64,000 nucleotides of DNA from Eledone cirrhosa (GCA_964016885.1 OZ024746.1:74586001-74650000); one strand, 5' to 3'. Shown: positions 1 to 14,061, numbered from the stretch's first letter. Numbers and translations are program-made. The notes: generated from the sequence alone by a model not told the origin.

Positions 1-266
1 TTTTTGTCCTCTAATTTTTTTTTCTTTCTATCTTCTCGTCATTCTATTTTGCTTTCCTGCATTCATATCTTCCTGTGCCTGGTATCTTGCTGTATCCATA
101 TCTTCCTGTATCCATATCTTCGTCTATCCATATCTTCCTATATCCATAACTTCCTGCATTCACATCTATTCTCTCATTTCCTTCTAACTTGCTCTTCGTC
201 TTTGTTTCATTCAATTGTTTTCCCTTTATTCTGAACACACACCACACTCACGTCCTTTCATTTTCA

Positions 267-372
<106 letters not shown>

Positions 373-988
373 GAACACATATACGCATATATATATATAT
401 ATATGCGTATATGTGTTCATATGTCTCACTATCTCTCTCACTCACTATCCCTCTCTCTTTATATATATATGTATATACATATATATGTGTGTGTGTGTGT
501 GCGTGTGTGTGTATGTGTGTCTGTCTGTCTGTGTCTCTGTGTGTGCCTGTATATATATATATACATATGCATACATATATAAATGTATGTATAAATATAT
601 ATGTGTGTGAGTGTCCTTTTCTCACCATATCTTCCCATCTCACTTTTCTCTTTTACTCTCAAATTTTCTTCTCCCTTTTTTTCTTCCTAATTTCGAACAT
701 TTCGCCTTATTTCTCACTTGTCCTTCCATACATTCTATTCTCTTTTATAACTTTATGAACATCCACCCTTACACCTCACATCCAGTCTTTCCTACCTCTC
801 CGTCGCTTACATCCTCTCTCTCTCTCTTCCTCTGTCTGTCTCTCTCTCTCTTTCTTACTTTCTCTCTCCTCTCACTATCTCCTCCTGTGACTGTTTCAAT
901 TTATTTTTCTATCTCCACCAAGATAGTAAACAGTCAACCAGCCATGACCAGCCATAACAAATCTAACACACACACACACACACGCACG

Positions 989-1025
<37 letters not shown>

Positions 1026-1927
1026 ATATGCATATAGTGACACACACAAACACATATCCTCACACCACCCACGGACACTATACTGCCACCCTGCCAATCA
1101 ACTATTCCATCAATTGCACTACTTTGCAGTCTAGTGCTGAACTGTGTTATCGCTAAATCGATTGAATGACAATCAATTAGATACACATCAGGTCAACAAC
1201 AACGACCACAGCAACAAAAACTAATAATAACAACTCAAATAACTGCAACAGAAAACTGTTAAAAGATAACAACACAAACAAATCTAATAGAAATCCACAT
1301 ATAATCGACAACAATAACAAATACAACGACGTTGTTATTGTTTGTTTTTATTTTTGACCAAGTCAAGAACAACAAATGTCAAACATATCATACACAACAT
1401 GCACCTACGCACGTATGTACATATACGCAGGTACACGCATGCATCCACACGCACATATTCACACGTACATATGTGTGTTTGGCTGCTAGACCAACGTCTG
1501 TTCCGACAACGTGTGACTCAATTGGTTCTATCAACGGAACAGTCTGTTCATAAAATCAACGGGCAAAAGGCTGAGCTTGCCAAGAACTCATGCACCCCTA
1601 ACGTATTTCTAAGGTAGATTCAGCCTGAAAAACTGTATGACATGACTCATTCATTGAAATAAGTAATGGAGTACCGCCGATAATCGAACTCAGAACCTTG
1701 CAATCGTGAGTTGAACTCCTTCTGAGATCAACTTACCACCTTTCATCCTTCCGGAATCGATAATATAAAGTCATGATTTTCTCATCTTTGCCCTTACCGC
1801 CAAATATTCTGGTTGTGTCCTTCAATTAGAAATCAAGTTTTACCATATTCCATCTTGTTTTAGTTTATATTTTTTCTTCTTTAAATAATTCACTATACAT
1901 ACATATATGATGCCTACTTACAACACC

Positions 1928-1961
<34 letters not shown>

Positions 1962-1963
<2 letters not shown>

Positions 1964-2162
1964 CAAAGAGGGTGTGGTAAGATACCAGGTGGACCATAAC
2001 GCACTGAGTACTCAATACTTAGGATAGTAGAGTGGGTAATAGGAAAAGAGTCAGAACCACGACGGCTCAGCTCAGGCCATTTCGACAGCTAGATCCGAAC
2101 TAGTTCGGACCTAGCTGTCGAAGCTGCCGGAGTTTAGACGTTGTGGTCCTGACTCTTTTCCT
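1962..2162 (-). mobile_element. Hairpin element in (TA)n (family A), half-hammerhead
   Basis: Unique 77-bp left tail, then an imperfect hairpin 2039-2164 centred at about 2101. Minus strand has GAAAU-GGCC..GCC-GUC but no CUGANGA. Homologous to 45852-46036. Confidence 0.65.
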
Positions 2163-2165
2163 ATA

Positions 2166-2266
<101 letters not shown>

Positions 2267-2452
2267 CTACCAAAATGTACGGTAGTGTCCAATCCATATG
2301 AAGAACTCAATGTAATCCGAATATCATGAAAAGAGAAGATGTATTCAAAAGTTTTTTTTCGATGAAAAATACAGGAAAACAGAGTCAAGATAAATTAAAA
2401 AAATAATGAATAAAAACAAAGAAACAGTTCCTTATATTAAAAAATTCATCAG

Positions 2453-2576
2453 TTTACGATCGTTTCTAGGATATATATGTTAGTGTTGGTATGTATATCA
2501 TATAGATCTATGTAAAATTTTTACAAACTATCAGAGGGAATATACATACCTACACATATATATGCTGTCTTCAGAA
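2453..2576 (-). ncRNA. Hammerhead-like motif with long stem II and weak stem I
   Basis: Minus strand reads UU-CUGAAGA-cagc-AUAUAUAUGU-(about 73 nt)-ACAUAUAUAU-ccua-GAAAC-GAUC-GUA-AA. Palindromic loop GAUC. Confidence 0.55.
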
Positions 2577-2648
2577 AAAATCTCTCTCTCTCTATATATA
2601 TATATATATAAATAATTTATATATATATATATATATATATGATCATTA

Positions 2649-2921
2649 CAAATTAAATTTGTATCAAAAATCACATTGCAAAGTTCTAATGATTCAACAA
2701 CTCTATATTTTCCTTTTTGAACTCACAATTGTTGTCTTTCTGTTAGTGTTTTTCTTTGTTTCCTCTGGTTTATATTATTGCTGTTAATATTATCGTATAT
2801 GTGGCTGCACTTGTTGCTGCACTTGTTACTATTGCTTGTGGTTAGTCTCCTGCTGTCGTTAATGTTATTCTTGCTGACGTCACTGCTGTTTTAGTTGTCG
2901 CTATAACTATTGCTGCATCTG
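2649..2921 (+). repeat. Direct repeat, copy 1 (copy 2 at 6526-6894)
   Basis: First about 170 bp identical to 6526-6696. Copy 1 lacks about 100 bp present in copy 2, then the match resumes. Confidence 0.92.
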
Positions 2922-3035
2922 ATGAAGTCATGATCGTGATTGCGTGATAATTGCATTGCGTAATCATGAACGACACAGATTATGAATACCACTGTTCATC
3001 AGCTAGCCTGGACTCGACAATCTCTCTACATCCCT

Positions 3036-3297
3036 TAAGCTTAACAAGGAGATCCCTCTACAAGTGGATCAACCTCTCTTCTCTCGCTTTCAGAAAATTG
3101 GGATAATTATTTCCGATTACCATTGCTTAATTGCCTCTCCGGGAATGCAAGCCACCGGCACACAAGCGTCAGGCAGAAAACACCATCTCTTTTTAAGGCT
3201 TTTAAAATCTTGGGCCGCATTTCATCCTCCCTAGCAGCCTTGCCAAATTTGAACTCTTTAATTGCTTTTGTGACCCCCCTCTTCGAGAAATTAGTCG
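3036..3297 (-). pseudogene. RTE-type LINE ORF relic (pre-RT region)
   Basis: Minus strand reads VTKAIKEFKFGKAAREDEMRPKILKAL...(frameshift)...W*SEIIIPIF*KREKRG*STCRGISLLSL, matching the LINE K.GKA.G.D / IIPIFKKG / YRGISLLS motifs. Confidence 0.8.
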
Positions 3298-3392
3298 TTG
3301 TAATATATATATATATAGTGCGTGTGTGTGTGTATATATGTGTATAAGTGTGTGTATATGTGTATGTGTGTCTATATATTTATGTGTCTGTG

Positions 3393-3426
<34 letters not shown>

Positions 3427-4483
3427 ATTCAAGAATACTAACGAATTCCATTTACTGATTCTCAAATACAAAGCATGTGGCTACCTGATGTTATGGTAGG
3501 AATTGTTTCAACAAGATGATGCATATTAGTATCAAAACCTGGAATCACAAACGTTTTTTAGTTGCTTGATACCTTTTTACATATTGTATAATGTGTTGCT
3601 ATTGTTTTTTCTGTTATCTCTACCGTTACTACTATGTAACTTATGCGGCACATACTGGTTTCGTTTATGCTAATGATATAACAGCATATGATTTTCATCT
3701 TGTTTTGTCGGCTAAGATAAGATTAGATATCTCTCTTAAATTATCGCTATTGTTCTGAATAGGACTGCTGTTAGTATTGTTGTTTTCATAAGCCAGCCAG
3801 ACGACGAAAGGCAGATGTGAATTTTTCTCGCCCTCTACGTTTACAGAGATTGATGGTCAGTTTGAATATATATGTATGGGAAAAAAACTAATTAATGCGA
3901 GCATCCATTACAGAGGAAAAATTATAGAGCTGCATAGTCTGGGAAGTAAACCTCAGTAAAGTTGACGGGAGTAGAAAGCTAACTGCAGCTAGATAGCTTA
4001 GAGGGCCAGATAACACTGAAGTAGTAGTAAGAGAGACAAAGAAAGCAATCTGCCCGTCCCTGATCTAATAGATATTAATAATTCATTAAGGCCCAGGCCA
4101 GCGATGATAAAGCGGATGCATCAGCAAAGACATTCTGGCAATGAATATCCTGTATTATATATAAATAGTGTATCTAAGACTACATTTTTGTTAAAAAAAT
4201 CTTGTATGAATTGAAGGATATGTGATTACCATTTTCTAGTTGGTAAAGTGACCATGTGGACGCACACTCATAGATTTACCTATGTTATTGCTTTAATTGT
4301 TTCCCGTCGCTTTATGTTTCATTTCTTCTATTATAATCGCATTCACATCTATGGGATTATATAGAAATATTAAAGAGAACCCAGTACTAGACTGATACTT
4401 TATTCGTTCCTAGAAGGATGAAATTCAAAATAGATATACCACTATGCATTTTGCTCTATAGTGCTAATGATAAGTTCTTTTAC

Positions 4484-4700
4484 AAGTATCGGTCGCTCTC
4501 CGACAGGTTTACAGTCGTGCCCCTAGCAGTGGAGTCTTCTGGTGTCCTTGGCCCTAGGGGTACTTCCCTACTTACCACCATAGGCGCTGGGATGGCCAGC
4601 CGCAGGTGTGAGCCTCACGAGATGGAATGACTCTTCCAGCGCATTTCCCATACCATCCTCCGGGGAAACGACTTCTCCATTCTGTCCGCCGGGGCCGTGA
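4484..4700 (+). pseudogene. C-terminal fragment of a CRE-like (restriction-like endonuclease) non-LTR retrotransposon ORF
   Basis: GC-rich island translating KYRSLSDRFTVVPLAVESSGVLGPRGTSLLTTIG...E*LFQRISHTILRGNDFSILS. This matches the KY..L...F.P.A.E..G..G / QRIS....RGN...IL C-terminal pattern; one in-frame TGA. Confidence 0.75.
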
Positions 4701-4836
4701 GGCGGCCAGGACGTGGGACCCCATTTGCTCATAATGCAGAGAGATGGTGAGGGCGAGAGAGATGGAGGCGATGACAGAGGGCGTTCGGCTATTCCATTTT
4801 CGGACACATTTATCAATTCTATCACGCTGGTTATGA

Positions 4837-6508
4837 GCCGTGTGATATATGGTACATATTGCCGTGTGATCTATGGTACATATTGCCGTGTGATCTATGG
4901 TACATATTGCCGTGTGATATATGGTACATATTGCCGTGTCATATGTGGTACATATTGCCGTGTCATATGTGGTACATATTGCCGTGTGATCTATGGTACA
5001 TATTGCCGTGTGATCTATGGTACATATTGCCGTGTGATCTATGGTACATATTGCCGTGTCATATGTGGTACATATTGCCGTGTGATATATGGTACATATT
5101 GCCGTGTGATATATGGTACATATTGCCGTGTGATCTATGGTACATATTGCCGTGTGATCTATGGTACATATTGCCGTGTCATATATGGTACATATTGCCG
5201 TGTGATATATGGTACATATTGCCGTGTGATCTATGGTACATATTGCCGTGTGATCTATGGTACATATTGCCGTGTGATATATGGTACATATTGCCGTGTG
5301 ATATATGGTACATATTGCCGTGTGATCTATGGTACATATTGCCGTGTGATATATGGTACATATTGCCGTGTGATCTATGGTACATATTGCCGTGTGATCT
5401 ATGGTACATATTGCCGTGTCATATATGGTACATATTGCCGTGTGATATATGGTACATATTGCCGTGTCATATATGGTACATATTGCCGTGTCATATGTGG
5501 TACATATTGCCGTGTGATCTATGGTACATATTGCCGTGTGATCTATGGTACATATTGCCGTGTCATATATGGTACATATTGCCGTGTGATTTATGGTACA
5601 TATTGCCGTGTGATCTATGGTACATATTGCCGTGTGATATATGGTACATATTGCCGTGTGATCTATGGTACATATTGCCGTGTGATCTATGGTACATATT
5701 GCCGTGTCATATATGGTACATATTGCCGTGTGATATATGGTACATATTGCCGTGTCATATATGGTACATATTGCCGTGTCATATGTGGTACATATTGCCG
5801 TGTGATCTATGGTACATATTGCCGTGTGATCTATGGTACATATTGCCGTGTGATCTATGGTACATATTGCCGTGTGATCTATGGTACATATTGCCGTGTC
5901 ATATATGGTACATATTGCCGTGTGATATATGGTACATATTGCCGTGTCATATGTGGTACATATTGCCGTGTGATCTATGGTACATATTGCCGTGTCATAT
6001 ATGGTACATATTGCCGTGTGATATATGGTACATATTGCCGTGTCATATGTGGTACATATTGCCGTGTGATCTATGGTACATATTGCTGTGTGATCTATGG
6101 TACATATTGCCGTGTCATATATGGTACATATTGCCGTGTGATATATGGTACATATTGCCGTGTCATATGTGGTACATATTGCCGTGTGATCTATGGTACA
6201 TATTGCCGTGTGATCTATGGTACATATTGCCGTGTCATATATGGTACATATTGCCGTGTGATCTATGGTACATATTGCCGTGTGATCTATGGTACATATT
6301 GCCGTGTCATATATGGTACATATTGCCGTGTGATATATGGTACATATTGCTGTGTCATATGTGGTACATATTGCCGTGTCATATATGGTACATATTGCCG
6401 TGTGATCTATGGTACATATTGCTGTGTCATATATGGTACATATTGCCGTGTGATATATGGTACATATTGCTGTGTCATATATGGTACATATTGCTGTGTC
6501 ATATGTGG
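4837..6508. repeat. 24-bp minisatellite, about 70 copies
   Basis: Unit GCCGTGT(G/C)AT(C/A)T(A/G)TGGTACATATT in an uninterrupted array. Confidence 0.98.
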
Positions 6509-6525
6509 CAGCTACCGATTTTTAG

Positions 6526-6894
6526 CAAATTAAATTTGTATCAAAAATCACATTGCAAAGTTCTAATGATTCAACAACTCTATATTTTCCTTTTTGAACT
6601 CACAATTGTTGTCTTTCTGTTAGTGTTTTTCTTTGTTTCCTCTGGTTTATATTATTGCTGTTAATATTATCGTATATGTGGCTGCACTTGTTGCTGTAAT
6701 TAATGTTACTGTTGTTGTAGCTAGCTTTTTGTTGTTGTTGGCGTGATTGCTGTCGTTGATAGTTTACTGCTGTGGTTGATGGCTTTGCTCTTGGGGCTAG
6801 TCTATTGCTTGTGGTTAGTCTCCTGCTGTGGTTAATGTTATTCTTGCTGACGTCACTGCTGTTTTAGTTGTCGCTATAACTATTGCCGCATCTG
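6526..6894 (+). repeat. Direct repeat, copy 2
   Basis: See 2649-2921. Confidence 0.92.
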
Positions 6895-7731
6895 TCGTTA
6901 TTGTTTATGTTGTTACTGTTTTCTATTTTATTTCCCATTGATATCCTTATCGATGTTGTTGTTCTTCTTCTTGTTCTTGCTGTCGTCTAAACATTTGTTC
7001 TAGCTGTCATCATAATATTTGCTTCTGCTAATGTTGTTGTTGTTGTTGTTGTGCCCAGATGCTCTCTATCTTCTATCACCCGCCTGTGTTGTAATCTCTT
7101 CATATTTGTCGCACCTCTACAACTTCTGTTATACATAAAATATGTGATAAGAAGTGAGCAAAACCAAAACACAAACCCGGAAAAATAACTTAGGATATCA
7201 GTACCAACTACACCACAGCTACCAATGTCACCACCACCATAACTACTAGTATTAATTAGTGATAACACTGCCATAGTGTATATAGATACATATACAATAT
7301 GTTTATGTATAATAAACATACATTTAGTCTCGCTGTTAGTATCTAAAATTCTAATCATATCACAGCTACTTCGGTATCATGCTAAAAAGAGTGAATAAAT
7401 GTATTTCGAGCTTAATATTTCTCGTCAGTATGGAACCACAAATGCCTGTAATCTGAATCACGCTGTCTTAGTGCTATCACTAATTAATACTAATCATTCG
7501 CGATCGTACCATATGTAAATAAGCTTTCAACAAGAAAAGTTTCTTTACGAAATAAATAAGACTTTAAGATGTTTCATACTTCGCTGCTTGGTCCTAGGAA
7601 AGCAAGGAATATTCACGATGAATAGTAATTCTGAAAAACATGTATACACTTCTCCTGGCCGGATACCTAGGTATGTTCACAATAGAAATAACTCACAGCA
7701 TCACTATCTCATTTTATTGTACTTAAACTTA

Positions 7732-7910
7732 GGGCGGTGGATTGGTAATATCGGTAGGGCGTCGGACACCCTGCTTCGTGACAGAGTTACGCCTCATTTA
7801 CGTTCTGATTTCAAATCCCGCCCAGATTAGCTTTGCCTTTCATCCTTAAGGAGTCGATACGATAAAGTACTTGTAACACACTTGTGTCGTCCCCAAAATT
7901 AAGAAACCAT
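7732..7910 (+). mobile_element. tRNA-derived SINE, diverged
   Basis: GGCGGTGGATTGGTAATATCGG...TTTGCCTTTCATCC matches the family. Confidence 0.75.
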
Positions 7911-8518
7911 TATACGTAAACTTATTGGGTCTTTATATGTTTTTATTCGGAATCGAGCTGTATTAGTGCTATAGCTAATTAATGTAGCACTAATATAGTT
8001 ATGCCATCGTCGCACAAAAGGGGTAAAGAGTCGATTATCGCTTGATGGAAGTGACAGGAGAGCAGCTTGCTTCGTCGCACAGAAGCCTCTGTTGTTGAAT
8101 TAGCAAGGACAAAGCGAGATAGAAGATATATGAACAACAGGCTAGTGTCAGTTGTTGAAATCTACAACTCAATGGATAATGGTATTTATATTATCCCCCG
8201 GCCCTCGAAGGATGGAAGATAAATTTGACATCAGAATATTTGAACCCAGAACGCAGAGTATCGTAACCAAATACACATTGCCGTTGAAATATGTATCCAC
8301 ATGTTCGTTTATGGTTTCCATAGAAACTGCTTCGTCCGGCTACAGGTTGATGTCTAGAATCAAGTCATAAACATCTTATCAGTGCGCGGAAACTCCACCC
8401 CCATAAAGATTACTTATCTGTTTGTTGGATACTCCACCCATTTAACATTTCTAAACAGAGCAACAGTCCTACCTACGCACGTGCACTTTCAATGATAGAG
8501 ATGTTGAATACAGAATTG

Positions 8519-8640
<122 letters not shown>

Positions 8641-11099
8641 GTAGTACTAGTAGTTGGGTTTATATTAGAAGTTAGTTGTGAATGTGGTAGATATTTTGCG
8701 ATGGTAAGGCTGATATCGATAGTAATGCTGGTAGTGGTAGTGGGGTTACTGGTTGTATCGAGGGTGGTTGATCGTGGTAGTGTGGTTTGTGATGATGTTA
8801 TTCGCGTTGTTTTAGTTGGAAGTGTTTATCTCTAGTTCAACTTTGGTCGAGCGGACCTTTAATTGAACACATTCCATCCGTGAACAATTTGACCTCGGCG
8901 AGATTGAAATTATTATAACTAAATAGGGAAAAGAGCGGCCTTAACTTTTGCCTCATGCCAGCGAACACATTCGTTTCTTGTTTTTAGCATCAGGATGTTG
9001 CCCATTAAACCTCTGATTAAAGATATTCCAGTTGTCTATATCTGTATTTTTTAACGTATGTGCAGGAAACACAAAAACACATTATCCAATAAATCTTTAT
9101 GGAATGAGATTTGACTGGTATTTTAAGCAGAATGAAATGCCACATGGAGGCTGCATAAACATTCAGCAGATGGCAGCGGGAAGGAGATGGTGTTGCTAAG
9201 ACGGTAGTGAGTCTAAGTAAATTCATGGTGGTATTTTGTATCAAACAACTGAAAAAGTTTGGTGTTTTTCTGGTACCAGCTAGCTGGTTGTAGTGGTAGC
9301 AACACACTATTTTTTTTCAAAACTGAAATACAACCGAAGCCGAATTTATTTTCCATCGATTTGAGCTCGATATATTAAACATCAGTTGGCCCAATGCACC
9401 ATACCAATTTTCTCATATCTATCTCAGTCCCCGTTTCAAAGTGTATAATTAGATTGTGTGCCGGGACGAAGTACGATGGCCTGGAAAAATGAAATTAGAG
9501 AAACCGGATTTAGTAATAAATAGAGAGAGGTAATGTGGGAGAACGGAATAGATTGAATGTGAGACAATTGCGCTTTCACCAACTAACCGGAAATTGACGT
9601 TTGGTTTTGTTGATAGTGGAACTGAGTTCGAATCTTCTCACACGAAAATTAAACGAATGAATAAAGAACTTAAAATTAACAAGTTAAAGAAAATATGGTA
9701 ATTTAAAGTTAACTAGGCGAGCATAAATTAAAAGCAGGTAAGAAACAGGATTATCTTTACAAACAGAAAAGATGTGTTAAAAGATTTACAATTATTTTTA
9801 AGATCGTACCATTTTGATGTCGACAGCATTTCAGTAATAGAAGCCTATTTACAAAGAAACAGTCAATTGAAAAATGTGTGTCTTCAGTTTTGGTGAGATA
9901 AAGTCAGAGGATACCAGTAAACATATTAAGATTTATCGTCGAAGAAAAATAGTTGATCTGATAGCGTTGCGAAAGAGATTATTTTATTGATTCTCCAAAT
10001 CACTTTAAATGTTAGAGTTTTAATGAAAATTTTGTTAAAAATCTTAATTACTTTCCTCTTTGTTTTGTAACTGTCGTAAAGATGGGCGAGAAAGTGGTGA
10101 AGATGTCTGCGATTCCATGACTGAATGGATTACTGTTATTTCGTTTCGTTTCTGTGAATTCTTAGATGGAATCTTAAGTGAGTTGACATTGAATTCCACT
10201 CATTTGAAAGAGGTGAACGCATCAATGAACAGTGTCCTTATAAACTAGACAGTTAGTAATTACGGTCTTCACTAAGTATTTTGCTTCCACTGGACGATCT
10301 CTGTGCCTTATAATAAGCAAAATGTATAAAGTACACATTTCCATTTTAAATACTTTTTACACAATAACTTTTTAGGACTGCGAATATTAGAATAAGCTTC
10401 CTTTTATGACTTTTTTCCGAGCCACTCTATAATTTTCTTGATATTTAATGATAATTAATTGTACAAGAGTATTATATTTTTTATGTATTAAAGGATTAAA
10501 TAAGGTTATGCATTTATTGGATTTACATACTTCGCTTTATTAATGCGTTGAAGCAAATTAAATCAAATCTCCTTGTTATGTATACAGTATCCGCAATGAT
10601 CGTCCACATATTCCTATGACGTTAATTTTAGCACAAGGCTATAATTACAGACGGGAGAATTCTGTCATTCGGTAGACTAGGTAAAGATACTAATATTTAT
10701 TTCTAATTTGGTGGGGACGTAGAGTCGATTAAATCCACCCCAGTACTTCATTCTTTGGACACGGGAATGATGAAGTGTAAAGTTGAATTTAGCGTGATTT
10801 GAACTCACAATGTAAAAATACGTAAACAAATACCGACGCTCTAACGATTCTGCCAATCAATGATAATAATCAATTCAAGTTTGAATCCGATATGTGATTA
10901 ATGGATCTGGAAAAAATGGTAGCGAAATTTCTTTTAAATTATACACTAAAAAGAAGATACAGTAATGTAACGTTGTCTTAGGAAAGCTAATAAAACAATA
11001 TAAAATAATTATAATGACAGATGGTCACGGCCGGCGCGCATTTGATCAGTGGTTAGCCCTAGCAAGGATGACCTGAGTCTAAGTAACCATAAAACAAAT

Positions 11100-11268
11100 A
11101 ATTGTTTATACTTTGGCACAAGAGCAGCAATTATCCCAGTGCATTACTGGTATTTTATTTTATAGACCCAAAGTTAACCTTGGCGGGATTTGAACTCAGA
11201 CCATAAAGGGACGTAACTCTATGCTGCAAAGCATGGCGTCTGATTCTCTACTGATACTGCCAAACCAT
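11100..11268 (-). mobile_element. tRNA-derived SINE with internal deletion
   Basis: Same family; lacks the CGTAAGGATGAAAGGC segment. Confidence 0.8.
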
Positions 11269-12424
11269 AGCCCATAAGTATTTCTTTATTTGTCTACCTG
11301 GCTAACAAATACGGGGATATTAAAAATATAAATAACGTGAATAGTTAGGCTTAACGTTGACCATGTTAATATGGCAAGCCAAACAGATAAAAATTCTTGA
11401 ATGAAATACTTTCAATTGCTGAACAGTGTCGATTACATAGCGATGACTAAGGGAACAGTCTCGTACTTAAACCCAAACAATTAAAATGGAATTTGAAAAA
11501 CGCTGACAACAGGCTAAATGCCTTTTTGTACAACCGGGTCTTACCATCAAGCGGTGAAAATGCGGAATCAGCCTCCAATTTGCAATCCGGTCGTTTAAGA
11601 GTCCATGAAAGATCATTGAAATGTCATTTTTTTTTCTAATCGTCAGATAACATGTGAGTTGCGCGTGTAGAGTACAGTAAATTCTGAAAAAGAAATTATC
11701 AGGAATATTTCAATGCGGTTATTTCAGACAAGGTTTTCAATACATACTTTCCTCTTTCTTATATATCTTATAGTTTCATAGGTACTGCATCAACAAACTA
11801 AGGCACTGCATATTGATAGATTCATTAGAGCGTCAGGTAGAATAACTTACTGTATTTGCTGCGGGTCTATGCTGATAGTTCAAATCCTGCCAATGTAAAC
11901 TCTACAATTTGAGCCTTCGGGTTCGAGATATAAAGTACCTATGAAGTGCTAGAATCGATTCTTCACTATCTATTTCTCTGTAGATTCTACCTGTAATTAC
12001 ACTAATTAATTACATACATACATACTCTGATAAACGAACAGATAAACGCACATGAAATCCAACACATAAATATACAAATAAGTGCAATTACTCACATAGG
12101 AAGTGCAGTTAAATCCTAACACATACCTGCGCGTGACCATACATGCACACATACATACACACGCACACACACACACAAGCGCGCAAACACACACACACAC
12201 ACACATACAACATCCACACGGCAAACATATATTTATACAACATACATACTATAGCCAACGAAGGGAGCTCTATAAGGCGACTACATTTGCTAGATATAAC
12301 AACGAATTCTCTCTGAAAACACAATAGATTTTATATAAGAACATTACACATTGGATAATATATAAATTTGCTTTAAAAAAATGAAATGCTTTTATAAAAG
12401 ATCTGCTGGGCTAGAGAGCTAAAT

Positions 12425-12595
12425 AATTGTTTCTACTTTAGGCACAAGGCCAGCAATTATCCAGTGTATTACTGGTACTTTATTTTATCGTCCCCGTAAG
12501 GATGAAAGGCAAAGTCAAGCTCGGCGGGATTTGAACTCAGAATGGCAAGGGCCGTAACTCTATGCCTCAAAGCATGGTGTCCGACCCTTCACCGC
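12425..12595 (-). mobile_element. tRNA-derived SINE
   Basis: Same family. Confidence 0.85.
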
Positions 12596-13109
12596 ACTAA
12601 ATAATGATAGCATTATATTAACTCAACCAAAGCTGAGACAAATTCATACTGAGAAAAACACACATTAGCAGACGTACGCAAGCACTCGCAAGATCACACG
12701 CACACATACACAGCACAGACACATACACAGCCAACACAGGCACAACCATTACAGACACATACACATGCTGCATCACCACACACACACACACAACCACACA
12801 CATACACACACACAAACGCTCAGACACATGTACGTGTACAGACGCATTCAAATAACATTTTACGAAATTATCAATTCAGTTTGAAATACAATCCAAGATT
12901 AGATATTTATTTTCGGAAAGTAGAAACGTCCAGAAATTGTTAGAAATCATGAGGTCAGAGACAGCTAGATATTCAGGAAATATCTAACGATCTGTGTTTG
13001 TGTGTGTGTGTGAGAGAGAGAGAGAGTCCGGGGTTTAATCGGGGGTAACCACAGTAAGGTACTCAATACGTTGGTTGAGTATATACAAAATTTCATACAG
13101 AAATGGCTT

Positions 13110-13151
13110 GTACAGGACTAAAACTGTTTCATTCGAAGGAAATCATCAGTT

Positions 13152-13156
<5 letters not shown>
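13110..13156 (-). ncRNA. Hammerhead-like motif with imperfect stem I
   Basis: Minus strand reads GUAUAAA-CUGAUGA-u-UUC-CUUC-GAA-u-GAAAC-AGUUUUA-GUC-CUGUAC. A decayed relative lies at about 51825-51870. Confidence 0.6.
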
Positions 13157-13182
<26 letters not shown>

Positions 13183-13183
13183 T

Positions 13184-13317
<134 letters not shown>

Positions 13318-13376
13318 AGACGTATGTTACTAGATATAAATTCTTTATTATATATACATATATGTATATATATATG

Positions 13377-13528
<152 letters not shown>

Positions 13529-13546
13529 TATATATATATATTTATA

Positions 13547-13599
<53 letters not shown>

Positions 13600-13618
13600 T
13601 TATATATATATATTTATA

Positions 13619-13657
<39 letters not shown>

Positions 13658-13673
13658 TTATATATATATATAG

Positions 13674-13707
<34 letters not shown>

Positions 13708-13709
<2 letters not shown>

Positions 13710-13942
13710 ATGTAAATATAATGTATTTTGCAATACACTTTATGCTTAATTAAAAGCATTTTGAAGACCGTAAGCTATTGTTTTAAAGTAGTGACAAATT
13801 CACTCACTTCGATCTCACCAAACAGGAGGAGATAAGCCGACATGACATGTTTCGCTTTTGTTGAAGCTTATCAAGGCCAACTACCCCGCCCGTCTGCTGA
13901 GATCAATGATATTATATTCTTATAGAAAGCTACAATTCTAAT
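13708..13942. mobile_element. Family D insertion: inverted arm plus tail
   Basis: Diverged homologue of the 31.4-kb arm, with a hammerhead, ending ...CAATTCTAAT(TA)n. Confidence 0.7.
13835..13878 (-). ncRNA. Type-I hammerhead ribozyme, U3-A8 variant (same family as 31.5 kb)
   Basis: Minus strand reads GGCC-UUGAUAA-GCUU-CAACAA-AAGC-GAAAC-AUGUCAU-GUC-GGCU. Stems differ from the 31.5-kb copy by compensatory changes; flanks 13721-13834 align with 31404-31517. Confidence 0.85.
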
Positions 13943-13986
13943 ATATATATATATTTATATATTTATATATTTATATATATATATAG

Positions 13987-14061
<75 letters not shown>

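Noticed and set aside
4837-6508. CRISPR-like array
   Set aside because: Units are contiguous with no unique spacers, there are no cas genes, and the context is eukaryotic.
4713-6664. 606-aa and 601-aa ORFs
   Set aside because: Translations of the 24-bp minisatellite; no unique domain, splice context or other coding evidence.
9580-10310. Possible promoter and exons (CCGGAA/TGACGT motifs, CAG|GTAAGA at about 9736, short Ser-rich minus frame)
   Set aside because: The short motifs are expected by chance, the frames contain stops, and no homology was recognised.
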